A DNA stretch of 64,000 nucleotides, from positions 850,345 through 914,344 of the forward strand of contig NMRA01000102.1 of the NCBI GenBank assembly GCA_002633005.1. The letters are read 5' to 3'. Every line of letters begins with the position of its first letter. The stretch's first letter is position 1. This DNA is from Phoronis australis. Its lineage: Eukaryota; Animalia; Phoronida. The notes beneath the pieces were generated by a model. The model was not told where the DNA came from and did not search any database. It worked only from the letters and a program-made list of their open reading frames with translations. The translations under genes and the position numbers were made by a program. Below, piece after piece: positions 27,433 through 40,550 of the stretch.

Positions 27433-28500
27433 ATGCCACACAGTTGCTGCGTACCAGGATGTACTAATTATCGGCTCACGCGCGCTTTGGGAGTACCTTT
27501 GCATCGCTTTCCGATAGATGACAAACTTCGCCGTACTTGGCTCGTTCGAGTGAAGAACGCAGCGTTACCCGTACACGCAACGTACAAAGCAGTGGAGAAT
27601 TACCGTGTGTGTGGCAAGCACTTTCTGCCGTCCGATTTTGAAAGGGATTTGTACGCTGAACTGTTGAAGGTCCCTGCGAAACAACGTCTGAAGAAGGATG
27701 CCATTTCGTCTGTGTTGATTCCCGGCAGTTCCCCGTCGCCACCCCCGAGAAGTCCGTTTTTGAAGCGAGAAGCCTCGCGAGCTGTGGCCAGTACAGTGAC
27801 TGGAGCCAGTGGAGGCACTTCATCTACTGTCACCCGTGCCTCCGAACGTACCCCAGAGCGTGCAATTCCTGGAACCAGTAGTGATTCACCCTGTGCTGTT
27901 TTCTCCAGCCCAGAGCCTCTAAGCAGCCCTGCAGCGATATTGAGTAGTGGGAGTGATTACAGGCCCAGTTCGACACCCAGTGAAGAGGACAGTTCGTCGT
28001 CCAGTGAACAGATCGGTGAGCCAAACTTTGATAAGTTTATTGTGGACTTGTCTAAAGTGTTGGAGCTATTTAGAAGGTGCCAGGTGTGTGGCGAGGGAGT
28101 CACACGACACAATGTAAGCAGTTTGGGTGCTCAGGTCACCATCCAGTGGGAGTGTGTCACGGGACACTCTGGCAAGTGGGACAGTTGTTCCTCTGTCCGT
28201 GGTATGCCGGAGGTCCACTTAACCATGTCCAGTGGTGTGCTCTTCACTGGAAACACGTTTCAGTCGGTGAAGACAATGATGGACTTTGGAAAAGTCAAGT
28301 TTTTTTTCGAAAACAACATTCAACAACATTCAGAATTCCTATTTAATACCAGTTGTCAATGACGCATACATGTCACAACATCTCGAGTTGGTGGCGGAAT
28401 TCATGGAGAAGGAGAACTTGTCTGACTCACCAGGGCGGTCCGCCAAGTATACCACATACACTCTAATGGAGGAAGAGACCAAAAAGATAATTGATGTGGA
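27433..28500 (+). pseudogene. Kolobok transposase 5' part: THAP domain, CxxC..CxxxH finger, start of the DDE core; frameshifted and truncated
   Basis: THAP C2CH motif (CCVPGC..FP..W..VCGKHF..F..LKKDAI); CQVC...WECVTGHSGKW; frameshift in the poly-T at ~28300; second frame gives DSPGRSAKYTTYTLM, a Kolobok-type motif. Confidence 0.85.
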
Positions 28501-28774
28501 ACTCGGAACAGCACAAGCATTCAATTGAGGTAGGCATAACAACGCACACAGTGCATTTGCACCAAGATGTGTCACCACGTCTGTCTTCAGTAGCCGCCTC
28601 GTTTCTCTCAACAGCTGCCTGTGCCTGTGTGTACTCTGCCTCGTTGTACTCGGGCTCAAACATGTACCCACCCACTGAATGTCCGTGAAAAAATTCCTCG
28701 TCACCACTGCTGTGAACAAGGTCTCCGTCACTCACACTACTGTCACTGTGATACGGGTCACCGACTCCAGCCAT
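28500..28774 (-). pseudogene. KolX accessory protein 5' part (P2X7 cytoplasmic-ballast-like Cys cluster), truncated
   Basis: MAGVGD...GYMFEPEY...RRGDTSWCKCTVCVVMPTSIECLCCSE: YxFEP and WCxCxxCxxMPTxxECxCCxE signature of KolX/P2X7 ballast. Confidence 0.85.
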
Positions 28775-29837
28775 TTTCAGCTTACAACACACTAAACAAT
28801 CCCTAAATCCAACGCAGTTGAGTTCTCTACTAACCTATCTTGCCGCAGAATACTCGCCGATGGAAAGTGGTGGCGACAATTGTTGAAAAACAGCACAAAA
28901 CAAAAGATTCGCACGGTAAAGTCAACGCAAAACCAAGTGGCGGGAAACGCTTGCCTCATAAAACGTCACTTCCGGAGTAGCGGACGAGTAATTTATAAAA
29001 TTACGAAAAGCTGTAATTAAGTCGAAAATATGTCTAGCATAACCAACCAACCTTATGTTAGTTCAAAATGACATGGAAAAAGGTTGCCTTCGCCTTAAAC
29101 GGTGTCAATGTAAATCTGCCTGTGACTCAGCACAGCAGTGACTTAGGCAGATGACTATTTACATGTCGTTTAAGCTGGAACTTGATTATCCATAGATTTA
29201 AGAAAACACTTGAGTAAAATCCTGACATTATGAGTTCGGACTTGAAATGCTGGTGTCATCAAGTGCAAACCAAAGTGTGCCAGTTATTGAGGTAAACTAT
29301 AATGTACTCTAGCACAGACTACATGTAATAGCCACCCATCTTACTTTCTTATGAGAATAGAACGGGGAAGGTAAAAAATATTTTCTAATCCGTTTTCAAG
29401 TATAAATATTATACATTCGGCTCGTTGTAACGGATGCATCTCGCCTGGCGTGAAATTGAAATCCGGCCAAATCGATTAATTTTTAACCTTTTTCTTTACT
29501 CACATGTGCAACTGTAATCCGAAACCCTGCACCAATATAATGAATATAAAAACTCACCTTTCCAGGTTATTTCAGGAACTGGTCCCTTTAGGTTTTTGCC
29601 ATGCAGGAATCGACTTGCCTGACGAATGAAAATGATAGACAGTTATCAAAATATTTTCAAGTTTGTTCCGCACGCCACCTGTTGGGTACGTCACGTGACC
29701 TAATAAGTGTGGACAACAGGTGGCGAGCGGACAACAAATAAAAAGGTTTGTTTAATGTTTGCACATCCACATAGTTTGAGTTTGTTAACACTCGTAACAG
29801 GAGGTTCTTGAAAAAAGCAAAATCAGGAAAGACCTTA

Positions 29838-29842
29838 TATGA

Positions 29843-29877
<35 letters not shown>

Positions 29878-29925
29878 TATGTATATTTATATTTATATTT
29901 ATATTTATATTTATATATATATATA
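29838..29925. repeat. (TA)n/(TATATT)n microsatellite
   Basis: Directly visible; explains spurious ORFs 29657 and 29808. Confidence 0.95.
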
Positions 29926-30997
29926 TGCTCAGAAGGTTACAGGCTTGTGCTGGGAAAATGGTCACAAAAGTGATTGGTCTGCTAGGTTTCGATAGGATTG
30001 AAATCCTAAATTACATGTATGGGATTGAACTTACTGTTCCCGTTCCAAGAGTGAATAATGTCCGCCATAAATGCAAGCTGGTATCTTATTTTCTACGTAA
30101 CTTTGCACTTGGTCCATGCCAGCATATGGCGATCACTGCACTAAACTCATGTTAAGCGTAAACCAGTATGTTTACAACAAGTTGGGACACATTCAAACGT
30201 TGAGGCAATTTGTGGCTGACCCACTACCATTTCTGGCCTCTTTCCTCACAATGCATAGTAACGTACATGTACATGTACATCTACATGTATACCTGTGCAT
30301 ACTGCCCTGTAATACCCGACTGGAGTATTGTGAAGAACGCTTGTTTTGCGAAAGGTTTTGTGATAATAAATCGAAACGTCGACTAAACAAATGCCGTTGC
30401 TTACCTATGCGCTGATTTTAACATTATAATTTGAGTTTGCTCATCTCACCGGAAATGTACTGAATCATGAACTGCGGAAACAGAGAACATGAACTGCATG
30501 TACATGTACATAACTGTTTCTTGGCATTTTCAGACTAATCGCTTTGTTTGTCAGACGCATTTTTTCGAGATAACTGATTACACATGGCTTTCATAACTCC
30601 CATTTTCGACTAAAATTCGACTAAAAGGAAACAAACGTGGTCTCTCAGGGCTCAATCGCGCGTGCAAAAATGATACTGAGTCATTTGCAGATCCGGAAAG
30701 TACGGTACGAAGAATCAGAGACCTATTTAATGAAAAGCGACTGGAGACTTACGACAGAACTTACGGTCCATCCAGTTATTTCTATTTCTAAATAGTAATC
30801 AAATCTGACAAAAGCAAAAGTAAAAAGTCTCATTCAATGTTTTCATCCATTATTTCTAGCCCGTGATGCGGTCCAAAATTACTTGGTTAAACATATATGC
30901 AGCAATTGTGACCAAATTTCTGTCTTACGTCGTAAGCTAGGTTTCATGAAACGGACAAAATCGAAAAACAAGGATGCATACATACATGTACGTGTAC

Positions 30998-33900
30998 CAG
31001 TTCGCAATTAAATTCAAAAATCTGTATTTCTTTTATCTTTACTTCATTCCCCTCCGTCCCTTCTTTCTCCTCGTCTACGGGGCAAAAAATCTTAATTTGG
31101 TTGCAAACATCTGTCAGGGACACAGTCGCTCGCCTCTCACCATGCTTGTGTAAGTCAATCGTTGCTGGTACATATGCATGTTTCCAGCCAGCTTTGATGT
31201 CCAGGGTCACGTCTAAGGACCTGTTAATCATTGATTTCGGCAGACGTACGAACGCCTGTCGTTGCCAGAAGGAGGCGCTTCTGCTTAAATCGTCGAGGTA
31301 TTCATCGTCTAAAGGGCTCATGCAACGTAATGTTACTCTCCGCTTGTCGGAACTAAGCATTGCGTTAAATCGCTGGTAGTTTTTGGAAAAATAATCGCTC
31401 ATGGCTCCAAGAACGCAGCTTGGTAATTTGGTCATGTCTTCCAAAGACATATGGTCTACCTCGCAGAGTAGATACCTAAAAATAAAGTTGGTTACTCATG
31501 GTGGAAATGTCGATTTCCAAGAAGTTAAGCTGAATTAAATTGAGATAATTTATGAACTCAAAAAAAGTTTCCTACACTCCAACGTCATTGTTTCTAAGTC
31601 CAATTCATTCAGCTGAACGTATGTCTTTAAAGAACAACGCTACTGTGAGAAATAACATGTCAATTTCTAGAATAATGACGTAAAACATTCTGCATGTAAA
31701 TTAGAGTGCATGTATGCCGTATAGCTCAACTATCCTAAGGATTTCAGAAATAGCATTCATGCTTGTCCTATAGCATATTCAGGTAGTGCTTCTTGGGAAT
31801 AGGTTTTCCTCATATTTCTTGTGTAACGAACTTACACGCCGTATTTCTTGAGCTCCAGTTCAAAGCATGCCGCTTGATCATTCCACGCAAGTTGTGAATG
31901 ATACGTTACGTCCGACCAATTTCCACCGAAGAAGTTAGCAGTCTTAGAGAACATGATGCGATAGTCCTTCGCCGGATTCGAAGCTTGCAGAAACCACAGC
32001 CATAGTCGGGCTTTGATGTTTAGGTTAGCGTTGTCACTGGCGCTACATTCTGCACTTCTTGCCGGATTTACAGCAAGGAAGTACAATGGCCTCACACTAG
32101 GTATCAGCGGCGCGAAAGCCGCTGGGTTGGCATCAATGACCCATTTCATTACCTGCGCCGGGGGCCTCATTCTCTGCGAAGTGAAAGAAAATATCCAATA
32201 AATGTTCAACTCTCCCGTAAAGGGTATTCAAACGGTGTGTCACAATTATATTTAGTGATACCTTTAATTTGATTAGCATTTGTAGTAATTTTTGGAAGTA
32301 ATCCATTGCTTAAAACAGGGATAATATATACCACAACAAAATCGTAACCTATGTAACGCCAACTAATAGCTACTACTACAACATCTTCCCTTTAAAACAA
32401 AAGCCTCGAAAAAGGCAAATGTCTCTTAGAATAAACCAATGACTTTTAAGAACAAATGTCTTTTATGAACTAAGCCTAACACTGTTCTAACAATCTCGTT
32501 GTATATCTAACCATCCTCAGAGACTGAATGGTTGTAAACCAGAAGCTTTGGTGACTGAGTGGTCAACACCAATGTCATTGTTCATCTGTTTGAGATTAAA
32601 AGTATTGCAGATTCGGTTATCCTCAAAGCTGACCGATTATGACGAATAACCTTTCCATCTTCCTATGCAATATGATAAGACCGAGGCGAGGGATCCTTCG
32701 CATTATAATGTCTTTCACGATCAATATCCTTCATACACGACCTCCTGTACGGGTGAATCTTTTACTTTATGGCAGTGAACTTACTGTTGTACCGAACGTA
32801 ACCGCTGAACCCACTCTTTCGACTGAACAGAACTATGATCGATTGAACTCGGCATCAATAACTCGGGATGAGTAGGCAGAGTTGTGCGTAGTCGGCGTCC
32901 CATAATCAGTTCGCTAGGTGACAAGCCGCTCTGTAGTGGGCTTGGTCTTTATGATAACAACTCTAAGTGCAAGTCTCCTTTCCCTTCCCCAAACATCTGC
33001 TTAACGGTCTGCACTGCATGCTCTGCTGCAACATTTGACTGAGGGCACCGAGGCCAACTAAAGACTTGAACAGTCACACTTCCTCGCGCATATTGCGGAC
33101 CGTTATCCGAATCGACAACGCTTGGAATAACATGTCTCGCAAAGAATGACTTCTTATGATAAATAATGCATAGACCATATAATGACTCAAGGAGAATCAT
33201 CTCGATAAACCTCGAGTGGTTGAAAATAATGAGGATACACCTTGAAAGAAAAGAATGTCCCTGCCCACTGTTTCCCATGATCTTTTTGGATACATCGACG
33301 GCATCAACAGGTAGGTCGAGTTTCGAAGTTTCGCACATGTCGAAAAGCTTTTTAACATCGACTCAATGTGTCGAGACTTGACAAGCCATCAAACGGATTG
33401 ACGAGTTCTATCACGGCATTTTGTAATGCCTATATACCCTTCAAGAAGAAAAGCGTGTTCATCTAGTCGCATTTTCTGTGGTATGACCTGGCGATTATAC
33501 TGCATGGTGTGGTGACCACTAACACCCAGTAGGGGTTTAAAAAGGTACCTGTAGCCGAGAAATAACGAACCCAATCAGAACGAACGCAATTAGTGACATT
33601 TGAGCAGACGGCATCCAGTTTAACACCGAGTTTTATGTATTTCAATGTGACACTAGACGCCTTCTTAGCACCAAGGTGTTTCAGGAAGTTCTCAGTTTCT
33701 GACGCAACAAGCTCATCAACCACTAAGGAGTCGAATCTGGAAACAGCGCCAGCTGCAACGTTATGGCTCCCTGGCATATACTCTACCGTATAGCCTAGCG
33801 GTGCCGCGTTAAACGTAGACGGAGGCTTATCAAGATCAACGTCATTCAATAACGTAATCAAAGGCAAGTACGAATGACAATAGGCATGCCAACAAGAACG

Positions 33901-35996
33901 TTCCAATGGTTGCATATCGTTTTCCTGTGTCAGTAAATGATCTCGAAGCTGCCGAGACTGACATCAGTGAACCATCATCTTGCACCTGATAAAGAGTAGC
34001 TCCAATCCCATGGTTACTAGCATCGCTCTGCAAAATTGTTTTGCGATTAACATCATACACAGCAAGAACTTCTGCAGCTTCGCTTTGTGCAGGTCCCCAG
34101 ACCCATTCAACGTTTCTCCGTAATACTTCATGTAGAGGTTGCGTAGTCTCGGAAATACGGATAGAGAACCCTCCGTACTGGATCACCGCCCCAAGACAAC
34201 TTTGCAACTCCTCATGAGTGCATGGTAACGCATAGAACTTGGATGGATATTGGACGTATCAATATAAAGTGAGAGAAATTTGACACTAACTGACGCAAAT
34301 GTGCACTTTCTCACTTGGGCTTAACGGCATACCTGCTTTGCGAAGATGAGACAAGAATTCTCAGGTACAATGAGCACAGGTAGATCCCTTAGTCACTTTT
34401 CTTGTCGACAAGAGTAGGTTGTTAATGGCCATAATACCTGACGTCACGTTGGTGAAGCTAAGTCTTAAAGTTGCCTGCCACACTTGTCTACTACTGTCAC
34501 CCACACCTCTACGTGACCTCTAATACCTTCCACGTTGCACATGTCCGGTACAGTCAAATCACTTTCCCAGCCTGGTTGCTCTGATACAGGTGGTACGATG
34601 TCGTCTCCATTACTTATATATGGGTAGTTGGTCACGTTGATCTTCTTCAATCACAGACTTATCGGCCGTGATGATTAAACGTCATTCTTGTCTTGCCATT
34701 TGCTTGTTAACGCCCACTTCTGCTCGATAAAATTGTTGTTATTGTCATGACGCCAATAATTGTTCTGACTGGATTTGTTCTAATTGCTAATTCCATGCCT
34801 GGTCTTCTGCCTTTCTTTTGCACAGACTTCACCAACAAGCTCATTGCTGTTCAAAACAACATCACAGATACTGAGTAACCAGTGACGATTTCAACTTAAG
34901 TTTCTTGTCATGTTACCCACATTGACAACTGTATGTACATATTGAATCTGTCGCATTAATCTAGCAGCCAATTAACAAAAGCCTTAGGTGCTAACTCATA
35001 ATGACTGGGAGTGCGAGTCATTAAACTCAACTTGGCTTTCGTATGAGCGAAACAATCTGATCATTGAAAATCCGTGAAGAATTGGGCCGCCGTTGCTGGA
35101 GAATCTAGTACAAGAGAGAATTCAATGCTAAGATAATAACCCGAAAGGTGCAGCCATTGCAGTAGGGAGTAGGCGTAATGCTAACTTTGCTTGGCTTAAG
35201 ATTGGACAGTCATTTAAATTCACTAACTAAAACCGTGAATGAGTCATTTTTAAACAAGGAGCCCGATCGATCGTCCAGGCGTATTTGCGTATTCAGGCAT
35301 TAGCCTATTCCGTCCTTTCCAAGCTCCTTTGTTACAGCATCTGTCCTCGCCAATTCCTCACTTCGACGTATACCACATGCTATCATCAGCGGATTGTGGA
35401 ATTATTGATAAATTATTGAGAAACGTGGGGATATTTTACGTCTACATGGGGTAGATACAGAAGTTCATGCGTACTTCACTTGTTTATCTCGGTCACGCTC
35501 TGGGAAATGGAGGTTACGTGCACTCTTCATAATATTTATTAACCGTGACTTTGAGACCGCCAACTTTTGTCGACGTTTATTTTGTGGATGAAAATAGACG
35601 GGTTTGTTGAAGCAAATTCAAAAGCTTGTGAAAACCCTTTAACTCGTGTCTAGGTTCCATTGCAATTAATTTGAAACTAATATCGTATGATGAAAAACTA
35701 GGATTCAGCAACTCTGGAATCAAACAGCACCGAGATACTCTGTTGGATTTGCTATCCATAACTTTCCTAGAAGACATTTTATCTATGTAAAAACATGAAT
35801 ACTGACTTACCTCAACGACAAGATCTGCCTTGTTCTGTCCTAAGTTATGAAGTTCGATACCTCTGCCTAGAATGACTTTCGGAGAGCCAGCTGCGAAGGC
35901 CACTACTACAGTCTTAACGTCCAAAACAGCATGTTGATGAGGGCCTGTTTTAACGAGACAGAACACCTTGTAACCGGGCCACACTTCTTCGTATAT
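30998..35996 (-). CDS. Internal exons of an uncharacterised protein, tentatively ZU5/UPA-like (exons 35996-35811, 32173-31836, 31475-~30998)
   Basis: tgtag|ATA..GAG|gtaagt (phase 0), ttcgcag|AGA..GT|gtaagt (phase 2), ttttag|G TAT CTA chain into one frame of ~330 aa. The ZU5/UPA resemblance (WSDVT...FELELKKYGVYLL, beta-rich) is weak and by eye. Extra small exon candidates at 30804-30765 and 29618-29558. Confidence 0.6.
32383..34400 (-). mobile_element. Decayed Ty3/Gypsy LTR retrotransposon pol (RT end, RNase H, integrase) inside an intron
   Basis: WVWGPAQSEA..YDVNRKTILQSDASNHGIGATLYQ..AASRSFTDTGKRYA (RNase H); VEYMPGSHNVAA; FARHVIPSVVDSDNGPQY..PQSNVAAEHAVQTVK (integrase); polypurine tract AAAGGGAAGA followed by TGTTG at 32383; many stops and frameshifts. 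Upstream boundary approximate. Confidence 0.9.
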
Positions 35997-36119
35997 CTAC
36001 ACAAGTTGCTGGATAATGACCTCATGCATACTCACAGAAAGTTAAAATCTGCATGAAACAGTGCTCAGGTGCATTTTCTATGTATTTCAATTTAGCAAAA
36101 TAAATTTTTTCAAGTATAC

Positions 36120-36313
36120 AGCCTATTCATGCAGTTGCCATTTAAAAGTGGGCCTCTTTTTAGGTTTTAAAAACAATGCATTTTACGCTTAAATACAACA
36201 CAAAGCTCAAAGCGTGATTTTTTCGCGTGCCTTTTTATATTCATGTATCAAATGCAATTATTTTAACTTAAAAAAGGCACACTACTAAAATGGCGACTGT
36301 GTGAATAAGGTCT
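36120..36313. mobile_element. Degenerate MITE / imperfect inverted repeat
   Basis: gcctattcatgcagttgccattt..aatgcatt pairs with aatgcaatt..aaaatggcgactgtgtgaataaggtc. Confidence 0.5.
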
Positions 36314-38984
36314 GTGTTGGCCTATCGTAATTTGCAAGTGTATGCATTACTTGTCAATTAATATAAACTTTATAATTCAACTTGCAACGTCTTAATAATT
36401 CGAAGCGTCGTTGTATTTCGTCATGATAATATCAAACATGGCGGGTATGGCGGCCGTTTTGTTTTCAAAATCACACTTAAACGCTTCTTTAAACTGCATG
36501 CTTGTTATAATTTACCCAGAAGCTACAAACATGTATATGTAAACAACACGTGTGCTGCAAATAAGGAAAGTTTCAACAGATTGTGTCTTGGAAATTTGCT
36601 GAAGTATTGCAATCTTTGCCTAGAATACAATGTTGTCATTATTTTTGAGTTATTCAAATGTGCCATTTTCACCTAAAATTGACACTGAAGATGGCGGCTG
36701 TGGACGCTTTTTTTTTGTAGTTATCACTTACATGTAGCTTGGAGTTGCTTATGTTCATATGGAACTGTGAAACTTTTTCTCAAACTAATGGCCTTAAATT
36801 TGAGAAGCGTGATAAAATAAAAAGACTAAATTACGGACCCTTAAAATAGAACTTGAAATCAGTTATTTTTTGGTGTTTTCTAATCTATGTTTGTGCGAAC
36901 TCATAATGAGTGACTGATATTCTGTGCTCGAGTGCAAAATGGCTTCGGTAAATAACTTTCTAAACTAAGTTCGCACTAAATGACCCCATCGTTGAGGCTA
37001 AAACTTTGAGTATGTGCTTTTAATTGAGATTTTAGATCGAATATATGGGACATCACATGCGACTTTGGACTAGAAACTCATTTGCCTAAACTATAACGTA
37101 TTTGAGCACAGAATAATAGACACTTATCTTGAGTTATCACGAAAGAAGAACGGAAATTACAAAACATGTTCTAGCTCAATTACGAGTGCAAATATTAGTT
37201 CCCGGCCCCTGATCCATGATTTACCCGAGAACGGGGTGTGAGTCACGGGAGGTCCGTCAATGTTTAGTCATTATCTTTAAGGTTAAGTAAGCCTTGGTCG
37301 ACATTTAGCCAAATACCTACAAAACTAGAGACTTCAACTCGGCAAAAGTACATATTTTCTGAAAGTAGAAAATCCGTAAAATCTGACTGTTGACTCTACA
37401 GCAACCTCCCAGTAATAAGGTCACGTGACCTTGATTTTTAAGAAAATACTTAGCCAAAATTAAACGTATATCCATAGTCAAACAACAAGATCAATAACTT
37501 GACCAAAATCAGTATGGTAAAGATGTTTCCAAAAACGCTGGTACAATTTCCTAAATAACCACTTCATTTTTGTTTTACACAGCTTCTGATTTTTTTTCAT
37601 CGACGACAATTCTAAGAAACATATTTCGGATAATTCTTTGTGCAAAATATGGAGCACCAGCTTCTGAGATATAATGCTCCAAAGTGTCCCAAAGTTAACC
37701 TTGAATGGAAATTAAAGTTGTAGTTCGTGCAGATTGTTTTCGTTGCATGTTTTTAGAGAAGTTAAGCCTGCCTGAATTATTTGTCAGTTTCGGGGTTACA
37801 TGTACAAAGATCTTCCAGATCTTTCTCGACATCTTCGCCGGTGTAACTTGATTTGTCGTTGGTATAGTCTTCCTCATTTCTTTAGCTGATTTTACCAAAG
37901 GTCTCTCTTCAGAGCGCCTTCACTTTCCCTTTTAAAAAAGGGGTAATATGAAGTATATGTAAATCACTATGAATAGAATAGGTGTGAAACAGCTTTTGTC
38001 CGAAAATGTGTTGCAGAATGTTAAGTGTTTAAAACATTTCTCAGCTTAGTTGTCGAAACAGGTTTAATCCGCGCATTTGATTTTCACAAGAAACTTTTGG
38101 TGAAATTCTAACTAAGTGTTGAGATGTTCGTTTCTAGAGCCAAATTATTTCAACTATTTTAAACGTGAACTTTGATGGGAAAACAGTAAACTATGTTACC
38201 GTGCACATGTTGTTCGACGGCGGCGCCCTTAAAAGAGACAGAACAATAAAGTGCAACAAAGTTTGTCAGATTTGACAAAGTCGAGTCCTGGAAAATTTGG
38301 TATAGTTTGTTTGCTGTACGTATGAATAGCCTTTCAGGCACGTAAAGAGAACAATAAACGCCATAATGGCAAAACGTAACCTTTTTTGTAAATGTGTAAA
38401 TACCCAACCGAAAACATGAATATATGCATCTGTACATGTACAAAAAGGTGCAGAACAAGACATTCAATACAGTCCTACTACCAACAAAGTGGGAAAGTTT
38501 AACAAATCGTAATCACAATAGGAAACGTTCACAAAAGAGTTGTAGGCATTAAACCTACATGTACACTGGTGCAGGCCCAACCAGACCTATACAATACCTT
38601 TGCTACGACATCTACACTGTAAGCAGGCACTCACCTCTTTTAAAACGATCTCTGTTGTCACGTGCACCAAACGCAAACTTGTATTTATGGATTGGGAATC
38701 TTGACACTCTGACAACGTTGCATGTATCTAAATCAAACGATAAAATGTTTTTATCGGTGACACGAGATAAGTCGTACATTGGTTATGTCTTAACAGAAAT
38801 TCTGGGAAGAATTGATTTTTACATTAAAGGACGGAATGTAAATAGTACATGTAGGTGCTCTTTGTAACTTGTTCAATGTAATTTTTCTAGACATTATATT
38901 ATTTCTTATGTGTGACATGTGTGAGATTATACATCGTCTGCACACTTTAAACCGAGCGACTAGTATCTCAAGCAGTAAATCCGT

Positions 38985-39416
38985 GCCGGTTGCATTAAAC
39001 AGTCCCAAATAGGGACTCAACTGAACTTCCCCAAATCTACTGCGTATTTGTGGGCTTGTGAAAACACTGATTGTCCTTTCTTATGCTGCTAGAATCGCAC
39101 TGTTATTTGGGTGTTTGGTTATGATACAAATCGAGAGCGTACTCAATGTTAAGTTTTCAATACCAATAAAAATAAGAGGGATTTTTTCATGCGACACCCA
39201 TAATTTAAGGACTACGTTAGGTCATTAATTATTACCACTCAATTAAAGGCTCAGTTTATTGTTACTTTTATTTATTAGGAAATGTCGTTACTAAAAGAGG
39301 ACTTTATAATAAAGATCATAGAAAAATACAACATTTGTGAGAAAAGACGGAAAACATGCAAAAGTTTTTTAAGGAACTTAGCTAAGTTCCTCTTTGGGAC
39401 TGTTTCATGCAACCGG
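38985..39416. mobile_element. Degenerate Harbinger-like MITE
   Basis: CCGGTTGCATTAAACAGTCCCAAA at left vs TTTGGGACTGTTTCATGCAACCGG at right. Confidence 0.55.
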
Positions 39417-40117
39417 ATGCAGTACACTGCGTATTGATGCCAATCACATCAGCGAAGAGTATTCGCTCTCACTCATATTGTGATTTTGTTTCCTATGAGT
39501 CTGTTTCCAACTAATTTTTTACTTTTTCAAAGTCAATTGTTCTAGAAAAGAGTAAGCGGACAGTAGGCCTACAAGCGCCCGCATGAGGTCGCAATAAGAC
39601 TCGCAAAATGAAAACTAGTTTTCAATTATCTTCTCAGATTCCATACGTTTTAAATTCCAATTTTTTTCAGTCTCCATCCATTGGTGATATGATTAATGAG
39701 AGCCGTATTATACCCAATACAAAAAATTGAGGAACCAGGCCAAAAATGGTCAATCACTCGTGTACACTTATAGTCTGGGGTCACAAACTGATAAAGATTT
39801 TTAATTTTTTTGACAGACCATCTCAAATGAATCGAAACAGTCAATTGATTTTCATGCAATAGGTTTTAGAAGCGTAATGGATAAGACGTTAACATTTTAA
39901 CTACCATTGTTTTAAGACTTGTGCCACTGTTGAGTACCGGAGTTAATTAATGGCCCATAAAATTTGTACGTGTAAATTGTCCATAGTTTTTTGTCTTATA
40001 GCTTCGTACTATGTGGTACAGGAAACTAAAAACTCACAAATGAGCTAGTCAATTCATAGCCAACTTCCTAACTTAAAAGGATAGCATTATTTATAGGAAA
40101 TGGTATAATAGACATAC

Positions 40118-40550
40118 CTGAAAATGCTTTAATAATAGATTTAGCTGTGTGGAAGAGACATCCACCGCCTTCCCTTGCCCTGATGAAATGGATCTGTTTA
40201 TTCTTCTCCAATGCAGCCAGACTGTATGTTATATGCTTTTCGCAATTTGGAATCAATATGCAGACAATCTTGCAATTCCCCTGGGTGAAGCGATAAAGGA
40301 GGGTATGCAGTTCAAACTGGGTTCTTTCCGTTAAAAGAAAATCAGCGGACAACACAACAAGGAACTTAGAGTGATTTTCTATACAGCGCTCCAAATAGTC
40401 AAAGACTGTCGAAACCGGCTTAGAGGTTACCATGTCCCGACCACCGACAAAGCACTCCAAGTTAAAGAAAGGTCCTTCAAGAATCTCCACAATGTTTTTC
40501 ACGAAGTCTTCGTCTGAGGAATGGTTGAGTATTCCAACTGATTTGCTCAT
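40118..40550 (-). CDS. TIR-domain exon (TIR/TIR_2-like, ~144 aa)
   Basis: HSSDEDFVKNIVEILE (box 1/helix A), CFVGGRDMV (box 2/BB loop), IENHSKFLVVLSADFL..TQFEL, KIVCILI; start at MSKSV (40550); donor TCAG|gtatgt at 40118 (phase 1). Confidence 0.85.

Larger units (their letters stand above)
27162..29095. mobile_element. Internally deleted Kolobok DNA transposon (~1.93 kb) with ~158-bp TIRs
   Basis: TTAA|AGGCGAAGGCAACCTTTTTCCATGTC... / ...GACATGGAAAAAGGTTGCCTTCGCCT|TAAA; TIRs 27162-27319 and 28938-29095; convergent THAP-transposase and KolX relics. Confidence 0.9.

Noticed and set aside
38790-39020. ORF as a linker exon between the TIR and the downstream exons
   Set aside because: Overlaps a MITE inverted repeat, and the available acceptors are phase 2, not phase 1.
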